This document shows, in pieces, positions 29,033 through 39,081 of a stretch of 64,000 bases of DNA (position 1 is the first letter of the stretch; each line of letters opens with the position of its first letter). Origin of the DNA: Bacteriovoracia bacterium (GTDB lineage: Bacteria > Bdellovibrionota > UBA1018 > CAIPTA01); assembly GCA_050246755.1 (NCBI GenBank), contig JBFWVL010000005.1, positions 96,001 through 160,000 on the forward strand, written 5' to 3'. The notes under the pieces were generated by a model, which saw only the letters and a list, made by a program, of their open reading frames with translations, made no database searches and was not told where the DNA came from. The position numbers were made by a program, and so were the translations under genes.

Positions 29033-30466
29033 GTGCCGGTTGCCACTGATTCCGTAAAAAAACTTTTGCCCTGGTTGGTGGCCGTGGCCTTCTTCATGGA
29101 AGCCCTCGATACCACGATCTTGAATACGGCGGTTCCCCTAATTGCCGAAGCGCTCCACGTTCCTCCGCTCAGCATGAAGTCCGTGCTGAGTAGTTATACG
29201 CTCAGTCTCGCGGTTTTTATCCCGATTTCCAGCTGGATGGCCGATCGCTTCGGCACCAGAAAAGTTTTTGCCGCCGCAATCGGCACCTTCACCCTTGGCT
29301 CCTTACTATGCGGCATTTCCAATAGTATCCATTTGCTCGTTTTTTGCCGAATCCTGCAGGGCTGCGGCGGCGCGATGATGGTGCCGGTGGGGCGGCTCAC
29401 CTTAGTCCGCACCTTCCATAAATCTGAGCTTATCCGGGCGATGAGCTTCGTGGCTTTTCCGGCACTGATCGGTCCTCTGCTCGGTCCCTTGGCGGGTGGC
29501 TTGATCGTGGGTTACCTCCACTGGCGCATGATCTTCTTCGTGAATATTCCCATCGGGTTGGTGGGTCTTTATCTTGTGCACAAACATCTCCCTGACTACC
29601 GGGCTAAGCGCACGGATAAGATGGACGTGCTTGGGCTGATTCTTTTTGGATCCGGGATCGCGCTTTTTTCCTATGTGCTCGAGGTTTTTGGCGAGCATAC
29701 CCTCGGGACGCGGGAAATATTGGGGCTGCTGGCGATCTCGATTGCTTTGCTCGGGGGCTACGGCCTGCATGCCACGCAGGTAGCGCATCCCTTGCTACGC
29801 CTCGGTTTACTGCGCATCCGCACCTTGCGCATCGCCGTCACGGGTAGCCTGCTCACGCGCCTGGGCGTGGGAGGAATGCCTTTCCTCTTGCCGCTGCTCT
29901 ACCAGGTGGGGCTAGGGTATACCCCTTTGCAGTCCGGCTTATTGATCGTGCCGCAGTCGCTAGCGGCCATGGCGCTGAAGGTCGTGGTGGAACCTATCCT
30001 CGCGCGCCATGGATTCCGCCGCGTGCTCGTGGCGAATACATTGGTGATTGGCCTGCTGATCGTTCTTTTCGCCACGATTCGGGAAGGCACCCCCGTCTGG
30101 CTGATTCTGGCCCAGGCCTGCCTCTTCGGATTTTTCTCTTCGCTGCAGTTCACCAGCATGAATACGCTCGTGTACGCCGATATCACGGAGGAGGATACGA
30201 GTATGGCTTCCACCATCGTGAGCACCATGCAGCAGATGTCGTTGAGTTTCGGCGTGGCCGTCGCCTCGCTCGCCACCAGCTTTTTTGTGTCCAATCAGTT
30301 TCACTCTGAGCCGCACGAGATGATCCACGGCTTGCACCGGGCCTTCTACGTTTTAGGAGCGATCACGATGCTCTCGGCACTGATTTTCCGTGAGCTGCGT
30401 TCCGAGGATGGAAACAATATCAGCCTGCACAAGGCCGGGGCGGGCGTGGCGGATTCAGCGAAATAA
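29033..30466 (+). CDS. DHA2-family MFS efflux transporter
   Basis: LDTTILNTA.P, ADRFG, RILQG.GGAMM.P, WR.IFFVNIPIG; about 14 TM. Confidence 0.93.
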   Translation: MPVATDSVKKLLPWLVAVAFFMEALDTTILNTAVPLIAEALHVPPLSMKSVLSSYTLSLAVFIPISSWMADRFGTRKVFAAAIGTFTLGSLLCGISNSIHLLVFCRILQGCGGAMMVPVGRLTLVRTFHKSELIRAMSFVAFPALIGPLLGPLAGGLIVGYLHWRMIFFVNIPIGLVGLYLVHKHLPDYRAKRTDKMDVLGLILFGSGIALFSYVLEVFGEHTLGTREILGLLAISIALLGGYGLHATQVAHPLLRLGLLRIRTLRIAVTGSLLTRLGVGGMPFLLPLLYQVGLGYTPLQSGLLIVPQSLAAMALKVVVEPILARHGFRRVLVANTLVIGLLIVLFATIREGTPVWLILAQACLFGFFSSLQFTSMNTLVYADITEEDTSMASTIVSTMQQMSLSFGVAVASLATSFFVSNQFHSEPHEMIHGLHRAFYVLGAITMLSALIFRELRSEDGNNISLHKAGAGVADSAK

Positions 30467-30844
30467 ATCGCGCCCGAACAGGCTCGGGTTGAACACGTCT
30501 TTTTGTTCCAGGTAAATTCCCCAGCGGCATTTGGCGGTCAGCTCAATTCCTACCGAACTGGATTCTGCATTCCCTTTAGGCACCACGATTTCAATTCCCG
30601 TCTCGGCCTCCGGCTTTTCGCAGGGACTCTGATCGAGAGTCAAATACAGCAGTGGAGCGCCGGGCAGGGCGAGGGGCTCGATACCCAGGAGCTGAAGTTT
30701 GGTTCCTTCCGAAAAGGAAAGGCCAGTTTTGCCAAGTTCTACGTTCTGGCTGAGCACCAGGCGATCGCCCGTTTCCACTTCACTCCAGGGAATGGTGGGG
30801 GAGCTAAGGGGGAGCAACAGGGCGGCGAGCATCCAAGGTTTCAT
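30455..30844 (-). CDS. secreted hypothetical protein
   Basis: GGAG RBS, short hydrophobic N-terminus, two Cys. Confidence 0.65.
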   Translation of the reverse strand: MKPWMLAALLLPLSSPTIPWSEVETGDRLVLSQNVELGKTGLSFSEGTKLQLLGIEPLALPGAPLLYLTLDQSPCEKPEAETGIEIVVPKGNAESSSVGIELTAKCRWGIYLEQKDVFNPSLFGRDLFR

Positions 30845-30950
30845 GGCGTTTCTCCAGATTCTTCCGAAATCTTAAAGGCAGAAGAAAGAGAATACAACGC
30901 CAGCTATGAGGCTATTTGACGTGGCATTTCGGCTATACTAAATTTCCGGA

Positions 30951-32078
30951 ATGGGCTGTCAAATCGAGATCGTGATTCGGGGGCAAAAGGCCGGAGGGGA
31001 AACGCTCAGCCTTTTCCTTGAGCCCACCGAAATTCCCCTAGCCAAGCGCTGGACGCGGGAGCTCAAACGGGTCCTCCGCGGCCCTCATATTCTCGAAAAG
31101 GACCAGTCTTTTTGTGGCTTTCCGCAGTCCGCGCGGAACGAAGCCCTCCTCTGCGCGGAGCTGAACCGAACCTGCGAAATTATCCGTAACTTTCGCGGCC
31201 CCGGCGTTTGGCAGCAGGGCTATAAGATCGAAGAGATCGCCTCCACCGAAAATCTTTCCAACGATCTCCTTAACGCCTACCACCACCATTTCGAGATGCT
31301 GCGCGGGCAAGCCTGGGATCCCAGCCCTTACTACTTGGCGGCCCAAAAATTTCTCGACGTCGACAACGCCATTCGGCAGCTCAATGTGCTGGTGCACCAG
31401 CTCGAAGGCATCATGCAATCGCGAAAGCTCGTCGCGGCCGGCGAAAGATTTTTCCCTTTCAGCGTATTTCATTTTCTCACGCCCGATTCCGATATCCGCT
31501 TGCCCCTGCACGACGAGGATTATGATTATTTTTCTTTCGAAGAAGACTTCGGCTTGGTGCAGATGCTCTACTGCCAGGTTGGCAAGACGCATTACCAGGC
31601 CTGGTGCGACGGCGACAAAGGCATCTTGGAAGATTACATGAATAATCTCCGCTACTATACCAGCGGCTTCATGATTTCCTGGGGAGAATTTACTAAGGGC
31701 ATCAAGAGTTCCGATTTATTTTTGCAGTGGCTGAAGGAAAGCGGAACCGACCTGCGCCACCGCACCTATTTCTACGATCGTAAAGGGAACAAGCAGGGCT
31801 TAGGTTTTTTGAACGTAGCGCGGGTCCCGTTCCGCCAGTTCGGCTCACGCAGCGTGCGCGAAGTGCAAGAGCTTCTCGCCCAGTACGACGACGTGTACAA
31901 GGTGCGCGTGCATGAAAATGGAAAGGTAGTGGAGCACAGCTACGAGTACCGGCTTTCTGACCCCAACTACCAGCAGATCGTGGCCCATCGGTTCAATTCC
32001 CGGAACCTCGGAATCCTTCCCAAGATCACGCGGCCCCTGAAGAAAACCAGTATCTACCGGATGCTGATGCGCCAGTAA
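30951..32078 (+). CDS. cytoplasmic hypothetical protein
   Basis: 375-aa ORF with host-like codon use; His-rich motifs LNAYHHHFE and LN..VHQLE. Confidence 0.75.
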   Translation: MGCQIEIVIRGQKAGGETLSLFLEPTEIPLAKRWTRELKRVLRGPHILEKDQSFCGFPQSARNEALLCAELNRTCEIIRNFRGPGVWQQGYKIEEIASTENLSNDLLNAYHHHFEMLRGQAWDPSPYYLAAQKFLDVDNAIRQLNVLVHQLEGIMQSRKLVAAGERFFPFSVFHFLTPDSDIRLPLHDEDYDYFSFEEDFGLVQMLYCQVGKTHYQAWCDGDKGILEDYMNNLRYYTSGFMISWGEFTKGIKSSDLFLQWLKESGTDLRHRTYFYDRKGNKQGLGFLNVARVPFRQFGSRSVREVQELLAQYDDVYKVRVHENGKVVEHSYEYRLSDPNYQQIVAHRFNSRNLGILPKITRPLKKTSIYRMLMRQ

Positions 32079-32094
32079 TGGGGTAAAAGGAGGG

Positions 32095-32895
32095 ATGATG
32101 ATTCTTTCTTTGCTCCTGTCTTTCTTGTTCTCTTCCGCCCAAGCTCGCGTGCCGCGGCCCTCCGAATGCCCCGATCTAGACAAGCTCTACCCCAAGCTCG
32201 AGGCCACCTACGTGCGCAAGGCGCCCCTGTTCGCCAAGGCGGGTTGGGGCAAGCTCCAGGATTGGACCGGAGACGATTTTGAAGATTTCCGCCTCACCAT
32301 CCTGCGCTGCCGCGAGCGGGGATTCCTGAAAAAATTCGATCCCGTTTTTCTCGAGTCCGACGTGGAAAAGAAAATTCAGGAAATGAAGCGCGAAGCCTCC
32401 CGCCTCAAGGACGATAAAAAAATCGCCGCCACCCTGGCCGAATACCGCGCCAAGATCGACTCGCTCGCCAAGAATCTAAACGAAGAGAAGGCCGCGGAGC
32501 TGAAAGACCTCAAGGTGCTCCTGCAGAGGATTACGGGCTTAGACGAATCCAGCTACTTCAATGAATCGGCGAAACTCCAAAATAGGATCGACCTCATCCT
32601 GAAGAAGAATCCCGCGGCCAAGAAAGAAGCTCCGCCGAAGACGGAAATCGTTACCGAGGATTTGGAAAAGGCTAGAAAGGCCGAACCGGATAGATTCCAA
32701 AAGTGCGAAAGCCTCCGGGCGGACTACGAAGCCCTCGTAGCTGAATCGCTAAGCATTGACAAAAGGAATCTAGCCGAAAAGGAAGTAGAGGCCATGAAAG
32801 CGTTGGCCAAGCAAAAGGAAGATGTTTTGCACAAGCTCGAGAGCCTCACCATCCAGATGCGTGAGCTCACCTGCGCGAAGTATTTAGGCAAGTAG
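32095..32895 (+). CDS. secreted coiled-coil hypothetical protein
   Basis: GGAGG RBS, signal peptide, K/E-rich helices, four Cys. Confidence 0.75.
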   Translation: MMILSLLLSFLFSSAQARVPRPSECPDLDKLYPKLEATYVRKAPLFAKAGWGKLQDWTGDDFEDFRLTILRCRERGFLKKFDPVFLESDVEKKIQEMKREASRLKDDKKIAATLAEYRAKIDSLAKNLNEEKAAELKDLKVLLQRITGLDESSYFNESAKLQNRIDLILKKNPAAKKEAPPKTEIVTEDLEKARKAEPDRFQKCESLRADYEALVAESLSIDKRNLAEKEVEAMKALAKQKEDVLHKLESLTIQMRELTCAKYLGK

Positions 32896-32899
32896 TGGG

Positions 32900-33985
32900 C
32901 TATTGCAGGGATTTTCTCGTGGAGAAAATTTTCTCGAGTCCCAGAGGTTCCGGGGAGCCCCATTCGATTCCAGCCTGATCCGTTTCGAGGGCGGTGGTCA
33001 GCTTCCATTTGCGGGTCCTTTTGTCCCGGTTGTAGAGGCGTACCTGCATGTCTCCCGTGAGCGCTTCGTAGTCGTAGAACATCGCGCCCCGCGGGGTGGT
33101 GAAGGAGAGAAGCAGGAATTTTTCCTGGGGGGCGAAGGCCGAGATCTCTATCTTCTGGCCGTGCTTATTGATCGCAGTTATTTCCCACTTACCCCAGCGG
33201 ATATCGAACTTCACGTTGTCGCCGTCGGTGGTGCGGAAAATATAGTCTTTGCCCTCGTGGTGCAGGCCGATGCAAAGGCCGGCGAAAAGAGAGAAAGCAG
33301 AAAAAATCTTCGGTTTGCCGCCGCCGGCCGCGAGGGTGGTGCCGGGAGAATTCTTAAAATTATTGGAAACGAGCCAGCTCCACCATTCGGGAAACTTTCT
33401 TCCCCAGTTCCGGTCCTGGTAGGCGGGGGCGTCCTTTAGGTCGTAGTCGCGGCCGCGGAAGTGGATGGTTCCGGTCATCGTAGCGCCGGCCTGGGCGGGA
33501 TACCAGTAAATGCTCGAAAGCTCGGGCACGCGCATCGCCCAGCCCATCGCATCGAAGGTCCAGTTCTTCTTGATGTCGAGATTCCAGGAAATAGGGTTGC
33601 CTTGCTCGTCCACGATGGAGCCCGTGATGTTCTTGTCGGAGGCGGTATTGCCGGCGATATCCACCGCGGTGGCGTCTTTGCGCGCGCTGAAGTCGGTGAG
33701 GGGAAACGCTTTTTCGACCGAGATTTTCTGCGAAAAGGAACCGGCCTGCACGAGGCTCTTCGTGCCGCCTTTTTTCCCCGTTTTGTCTCCAGGATTTACG
33801 ATGCCGTAGGTGAAGAAGAAGGCTTCGTTGGTAACGGGATCCACCACTTTGTAGTACCACCACTCGTACCAGTCGCCCTTGTCGCCCGCCTTGTAGCGGT
33901 AGGTATTGAAGGGATCGGCCTTCTCGGCGGCGATCACGGAAAGCGGTAAAAACGATAGGGCCAGCAACAGCGCGAATATTTTCAT
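32900..33985 (-). CDS. tocopherol-cyclase-family protein with signal peptide
   Basis: YEWWYYKV, FF.YG..NP, Y.DRNWG..FP..W.W. Confidence 0.78.
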   Translation of the reverse strand: MKIFALLLALSFLPLSVIAAEKADPFNTYRYKAGDKGDWYEWWYYKVVDPVTNEAFFFTYGIVNPGDKTGKKGGTKSLVQAGSFSQKISVEKAFPLTDFSARKDATAVDIAGNTASDKNITGSIVDEQGNPISWNLDIKKNWTFDAMGWAMRVPELSSIYWYPAQAGATMTGTIHFRGRDYDLKDAPAYQDRNWGRKFPEWWSWLVSNNFKNSPGTTLAAGGGKPKIFSAFSLFAGLCIGLHHEGKDYIFRTTDGDNVKFDIRWGKWEITAINKHGQKIEISAFAPQEKFLLLSFTTPRGAMFYDYEALTGDMQVRLYNRDKRTRKWKLTTALETDQAGIEWGSPEPLGLEKIFSTRKSLQ

Positions 33986-34203
33986 CTTAGAAAAGTATCG
34001 ACGCGCAGCAGAGCTTCGTTAACTAAAAATTAGTTAATTTACCGGGTGGGCAGGTTGATTTCGGGTGGATTTCTTTCTCTTCGCCTAAATTATTCCTGTT
34101 CCGGTCCGAACCTGTAATCTTTTCCAACGCTCTGCGTTGATGGTGGGATTTCTGGCCTTTTCCGAATTCCTTCCCATACACTGAATCCTCACGGAGGGAT
34201 TTT

Positions 34204-35238
34204 ATGAAAGCATTGTTTTTACTCGTAGGGATTCTCATTGGCTCGGCGGCCTCCGCCTCTTCGGGACTGGTGATCCACACCGCTGAATTCGGCGTGGGCA
34301 AGTTTCACCGCCAGGATAATAAAGTGCATCGCTACGAAGCCGGCAATGCTTGGTCCTCTTTTATTCTGAAAGAAGGCGCGGATACCAACCGCCCGCTTAC
34401 CCAAAAAAATGCCGACGGTTCTTTCACCGTATTTTTTTCTACCCTCGATGAGCTGATCGCGAATGTGACGGCGATTGCGAAGAGCGAAAACAAGAAAGTT
34501 TCCGTGCTCAACGTGCACGGGCACGGAATGCCCGGTGCGATGTGGTTTCCGGCCAATGAGCAAGACCTCCGGGGCATCGCCTGCTGGCAGTGGTCGAACG
34601 CCGCGAGTGGCAGCGATATGGACAACTACAACCAGTACTATTCGGCCGTATCCGTAGACGATATCCGCCAGATGCGCCAGATCTCGAATAATCCCACTCT
34701 GCGCATGGGCTGCACCGTGGGCCTGCCCGAGTGGCAGCAGGGCGTGGCGAAGGCCCCCGAGTTCAAGAATATTTTCGCCGAAGACGCCCAGATCCATTTC
34801 GTTTCCTGCATCGTGGGCTTGGGCACTCGGGGCGATGCGTTTACGAAAGGCGTGGCCGAGCTTCTCTTGCCTAAGGGCGGCCGGGCTTATTCCTCGATGA
34901 ATTTTGGTCTCGGCGATTGGTCGATGCCCCAAGGCATGGGCTTCTGGGACATGCAAAGCGAAGAGCAAGTGAACCGCGACGGCGTTACGTACGTAGCGAA
35001 TAAGCGCGACAGCGAGATCGCCCAGAAAGGCACGATTCGCGTGGCCTCCAATAACGGGGCCGCGTGGGTGAGCGCGCTGCTCGCGAACCGCGATTTCTTG
35101 CTCCTCAGTGCGGAGCCGGCCGCGTTTTTGTCTTCGTCGGAAGAGATTTCCGTTTTCGATACCGGCTCGCTGGAAGCGCTTCCTAGTTCCGTGCGCGTTC
35201 CGGGAACGAATGCCTACGTCGGTGTCGAGCTTCGCTAG
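34204..35238 (+). CDS. secreted protein with caspase/clan-CD-like His-Cys dyad (DUF4347-like)
   Basis: signal peptide; LNVHGHG.PG and IHFVSCIVG. Confidence 0.6.
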   Translation: MKALFLLVGILIGSAASASSGLVIHTAEFGVGKFHRQDNKVHRYEAGNAWSSFILKEGADTNRPLTQKNADGSFTVFFSTLDELIANVTAIAKSENKKVSVLNVHGHGMPGAMWFPANEQDLRGIACWQWSNAASGSDMDNYNQYYSAVSVDDIRQMRQISNNPTLRMGCTVGLPEWQQGVAKAPEFKNIFAEDAQIHFVSCIVGLGTRGDAFTKGVAELLLPKGGRAYSSMNFGLGDWSMPQGMGFWDMQSEEQVNRDGVTYVANKRDSEIAQKGTIRVASNNGAAWVSALLANRDFLLLSAEPAAFLSSSEEISVFDTGSLEALPSSVRVPGTNAYVGVELR

Positions 35239-35239
35239 C

Positions 35240-37099
35240 CTAGGGCTTCAGCTTTCGCAGGTAAAAATCCTGGCCGAGGTCAATATCCCCGGCCCGGGGT
35301 TTTTCCAGCGACGAATGAAAGAAAAACCAGTCGGCGCTTGGTGGAATATTCAGCAGGCCACGGTCGAAATCATTGGTGGGCAGCACCACGCGGCTTAGCT
35401 TGGGCCCAAATAAAATATATTCGGGTTGGTCACCGGGAATTCTCGTAGCCAGCTGGCCTCGTTCGGGCAAGTTCTGTTCGAGTTTTTGGTATACGGAGAG
35501 AAAGTTGCCCCGGTTCCGCATCATTTGCTCAAGGCGAGAGCCCTGCGGGAAAAAGCTTTGGTTGTTTCGGTGGGCAATAGAGTAAACGTTCTGCGCGTAG
35601 AGAAATGCCAGGAGCACTACGCTAATAGTCCGCAGGCTTTTACTTCGCCAGGCGAGCTCCAGCCCTCTCGCGAGCAAGGGCACCAAAAAAATCAGCGCCG
35701 CCGAGAAATGTCGACCGTGCCAGGGATCATACCAAACCGTAAAGGAGTGAAAAAGGAAAAGGCCGAGGGCAGGCATGGACCAAGCCAGTAAAGTGGCTTT
35801 TTGCTCTTCCTTGCGAAGAAAAATAGCCACCGCGTATAGGGCAAGCAAGACGTACACAAACCCCGAATAAACCGGGTCTTCGTGGGCCAGCGAGGGCCGC
35901 TCGATGGTAAATTCTCCGCTGAGTTTGCCGGCGCGCAAGTCTTGGCCGAGAATTTTATTTCCTAGGTTAAGTCCGGCCGAGCGCCAGGCCTGTACCAGCC
36001 AATCCGCGGCCTTTATGCCGGGCCAGCCGTCGGGCGTGAGAGCATCAATCCCAAAGCGAAAAACGTTTTTGGTGCCTTCTTCGAGCATGTCCCCCGAGGT
36101 CAGCTTGTGCTGGGCTATCACGTCGGCCGGGCCGATTAGGCTGCCGTAGCGGAAAATATTCTTTCCGTACCCACAGCTGAAAAATAAAACCGCGGCGAGC
36201 AGGGCGCCCACGCAAGTACCAGGCGTTAGTTTTATTTTTTTATTTTTGTCGCGCATCACGTACGCCGCCACCGCCCAAACGGGAATTAAGGGCAGTGCCG
36301 TGCCTTTGGCGGCCGTGGCGAGTGCTAGGGAAATCAGCGAAATCGCGTTGGCCTGGCGGTGCTGGGAAAATAGGAAATAAAACGAGATGGCGCCGTAAGC
36401 CGTAACTAGCACATCGTTTCTTTCCGCCGTGGCGCCTAGCATCTGAATCAACGGGAAAAGAGAGAGGCTGGCAACCAGAAAAGCGCGCAGCGGAGTGCTG
36501 GCTTCTGCGTGTCCGGTGCGAGGAAAGAGGGCTTTCGCTATTCCGTAAATGGCCAGCGCGGTGATCATCCAGGCTAGGAACTGGGGTAGGAAGAGGAAGT
36601 GTTCGTTCGCGCCCACCAGGATGGAAAAAATCAGCCAGGCGGGGCCAAGCGTGGGATGCGTGATTTGCGGCCAGTAGGGCGTGGGGTAGGAGGCAAAGGA
36701 ATCAAACTGTAAAAAATAGAGCGCGCGGGGGAGATGGTAGGAAAGTACGTCCCAGTTGCCCGGTACGTTGAGCATGGCGGAAAAAAAATTCAGGGCCGCG
36801 AGAAAAAGAATCGGAATCGCCCAAAGTAGAGAATTACTTTTCCAGGATAAGGCACCCGCATCCGCCTGGAGCCTTATTTTCCACGGTTCGGCGAGAAAGG
36901 AGAAGGTAGCGCTCGCCATGAGCCACCACAGTGGATGAGAGAGGTTTTCGGCGAGGGATAGCAGGAGGGCGGTCCCGTAGACCTCCAGCGTAAAAGCTAG
37001 AAATACCAAAAGCATCCGTTCGATTGCTTCTTCCGCAAAGCGCAATGCAAAAGAACCGGCGGAGAAGGCAAAGAGGGAAAAAATCAGCAGGCCGAGCAT
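35240..37099 (-). CDS. GT-C (ArnT/PMT-like) membrane glycosyltransferase
   Basis: many TMs; NWD.LSYHLPR loop, ND, A..AKGT; start MLGLL preferred. Confidence 0.75.
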   Translation of the reverse strand: MLGLLIFSLFAFSAGSFALRFAEEAIERMLLVFLAFTLEVYGTALLLSLAENLSHPLWWLMASATFSFLAEPWKIRLQADAGALSWKSNSLLWAIPILFLAALNFFSAMLNVPGNWDVLSYHLPRALYFLQFDSFASYPTPYWPQITHPTLGPAWLIFSILVGANEHFLFLPQFLAWMITALAIYGIAKALFPRTGHAEASTPLRAFLVASLSLFPLIQMLGATAERNDVLVTAYGAISFYFLFSQHRQANAISLISLALATAAKGTALPLIPVWAVAAYVMRDKNKKIKLTPGTCVGALLAAVLFFSCGYGKNIFRYGSLIGPADVIAQHKLTSGDMLEEGTKNVFRFGIDALTPDGWPGIKAADWLVQAWRSAGLNLGNKILGQDLRAGKLSGEFTIERPSLAHEDPVYSGFVYVLLALYAVAIFLRKEEQKATLLAWSMPALGLFLFHSFTVWYDPWHGRHFSAALIFLVPLLARGLELAWRSKSLRTISVVLLAFLYAQNVYSIAHRNNQSFFPQGSRLEQMMRNRGNFLSVYQKLEQNLPERGQLATRIPGDQPEYILFGPKLSRVVLPTNDFDRGLLNIPPSADWFFFHSSLEKPRAGDIDLGQDFYLRKLKP

Positions 37100-37263
37100 T
37101 CCAGCTATTCTAGTAGAACAAAAAGAAATTGTAGATATTCTTAATAGGTAATCGTCGACGAGCGACGCCAAGAATTCGGGCGATTTGCCGATCTGGCCAT
37201 CCCCGGCCGTGGCGGACGTTTCGGCGCCATCGGCAGGAACGATATTCTAGTGACCCCGGGGCT

Positions 37264-37653
37264 CTACTGCAGGGGCGTCTCGGTATGGTGGGCGCAAGCC
37301 CATTTTCCGCTTTTTCTTACCCAGGTGGAAGTGTCCACGGCGTTCAGGGACTGCTCCTTCCCTTTGACGGTCATATCTGCCTTCACCTGATACGCGATTA
37401 CGGCGAGGTTTTCGTTTATCAGGCGCACGGTTGGCTCGTCTTTGAAAGCCACGTGCACGGGATTATCTTTTTGGCTTTCGAACATCTCTTCGAATTGTTT
37501 CCGGTCTACTAAGCGGGCGCCCTGAGGGCCCGCCAAAAGGCAGGGAAAATCCGTCAGATCCAGCGCAGCATTCAGGTCGTGGTCCTGCATGGCTTGCCAG
37601 TATTTCTTTTCCAGGCCGATGAGTTCATTTGTCAATGGGGAATTTTTTTCCAT
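37264..37653 (-). CDS. NTF2-like / DUF4440 protein
   Basis: LEKKYWQAM..HD, A.IAY.V, TSTWVR..G.W....H.ET. Confidence 0.88.
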   Translation of the reverse strand: MEKNSPLTNELIGLEKKYWQAMQDHDLNAALDLTDFPCLLAGPQGARLVDRKQFEEMFESQKDNPVHVAFKDEPTVRLINENLAVIAYQVKADMTVKGKEQSLNAVDTSTWVRKSGKWACAHHTETPLQ

Positions 37654-37799
37654 AGTGCCTCCAAATTAGGGTTCTTGCGCGAAGGCGTGCATTGCATATG
37701 CCACACACGCACGAAAGCCCCGGGAACGGCAAATCGCCCATATTGCAGGGCCTTCCCAAATTCTTGATATGCTTCGTCGTTTATGGTCAGTTGAGGTTC

Positions 37800-39029
37800 A
37801 TGTGGACGAGTCTTTCCCTCCTGCGCCCAAAATTTCTGGGAATTTTCCTTCTGCTGGGTTTTGTGTCGGGGTTTTGGGTTGTGCCGCGGATTATCCGGAT
37901 TCCGGAGCCACAAAATGAAGCCCGTTTTCATCACCACCTGGGAGATGGATTCACCGAGCTTGGCGTGGTCAACGCCCATTTGTACTGGAAGCAAAATGGG
38001 TATGCGGCCACTAGTTTTTTACCGTGCATAACCGATTCCCACTTGGGTAGAAATGATTGCCCTCTCTATACGCATTACCCGGCGGGATTTTATTTATTTT
38101 CCTCCCTGCTGCTCGATGGCTTTGAAAAACTATTCGATGCAAGCACGGCGCTCCAGGCCACGCGGTATTTTTTGTACTTTCTTTCTCTCTCGCTGTCTGC
38201 CCTGGCGCTATTTCTTTTGTCCGAAGCATTGGGCCTGGGCATGCTTGCGACCGTCGTGGCCACCGCGACCCTCGGCCTATCGCGGGGTTTCTGGCTCTTT
38301 GCCGACAATCTATTCGGCAATGGTTTCGTGCTTTCGCTCTTTGGCATTCTAGTAGCCCTTATGCTCGGAAAGAAAAATCGCTTCGGGTGTTTTTTTCTCC
38401 TCTCGATAACCACAACGTTTTTTTCCGTGGAGCTGATTCCCGCGCTCTTTCTGTTGCCTGGGCTGCGGTGGATTTTTGCGCGTGAAATTAAAAAAAGAGA
38501 ACTTTTCTGCTACTGGGCGCTGGCCGCCGGCGCCGTGGCACTCATTATGGGAATTCGTATTTTGCAGAATGCCTGGTACGTGGGCAATCTCGGGAGCGCT
38601 GTGAGCGACTGGGTAGGCGTGGTGCGGTTTCGGGTGGCGGGCGGCACCTACGCAACCGCACCGGCCGAGCAGCGCATCGACGTTGCCTTCGACGAAAAGT
38701 TTTTCCGGAGTTTTCTCCCGGTATGGGTGGATCACCAGAGGCTTTTGGTCACCAAGCTGGGCCTATTGCTGCTATGGGGCGGGCTAGGTTTTTTGGCCGC
38801 TTTTCGGCAAAAGCGGGAGTTTCTGCTGTTGTTCGCTACTTATTTAATTGCTCTGCAATGGAGCTTCCTTTTTGTGCAGCATTCTATGATTCATCTATTC
38901 ACCGTTCGTTACGTAATCTGGGCGCTCGCGCTCAGCGCGGCGCTACTCACGGAGTTTATGGCGAGGCATTTAGGAATTTCTAGGGTTGAATCGCATACGA
39001 AAAATGATCAAACCGAAGTGGCGGTGTAG
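37800..39029 (+). CDS. polytopic membrane protein, probable GT-C
   Basis: GAGG RBS before ATG 37800; first loop YTHYP, about 9-10 TMs, HS.IH.F. Confidence 0.62.
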   Translation: MWTSLSLLRPKFLGIFLLLGFVSGFWVVPRIIRIPEPQNEARFHHHLGDGFTELGVVNAHLYWKQNGYAATSFLPCITDSHLGRNDCPLYTHYPAGFYLFSSLLLDGFEKLFDASTALQATRYFLYFLSLSLSALALFLLSEALGLGMLATVVATATLGLSRGFWLFADNLFGNGFVLSLFGILVALMLGKKNRFGCFFLLSITTTFFSVELIPALFLLPGLRWIFAREIKKRELFCYWALAAGAVALIMGIRILQNAWYVGNLGSAVSDWVGVVRFRVAGGTYATAPAEQRIDVAFDEKFFRSFLPVWVDHQRLLVTKLGLLLLWGGLGFLAAFRQKREFLLLFATYLIALQWSFLFVQHSMIHLFTVRYVIWALALSAALLTEFMARHLGISRVESHTKNDQTEVAV

Positions 39030-39081
39030 TAAAGCTGGGGTGTTTCTTGAGAAAATGCCTGGCCGAGCTTATTCTCCTCGA

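Noticed and set aside
37186-37235. GC-rich imperfect palindrome (TGCCGAT...GGCCATCCCCGGCC...ATCGGCA) resembling a REP
   Set aside because: Single copy seen; cannot be distinguished from a terminator-like hairpin
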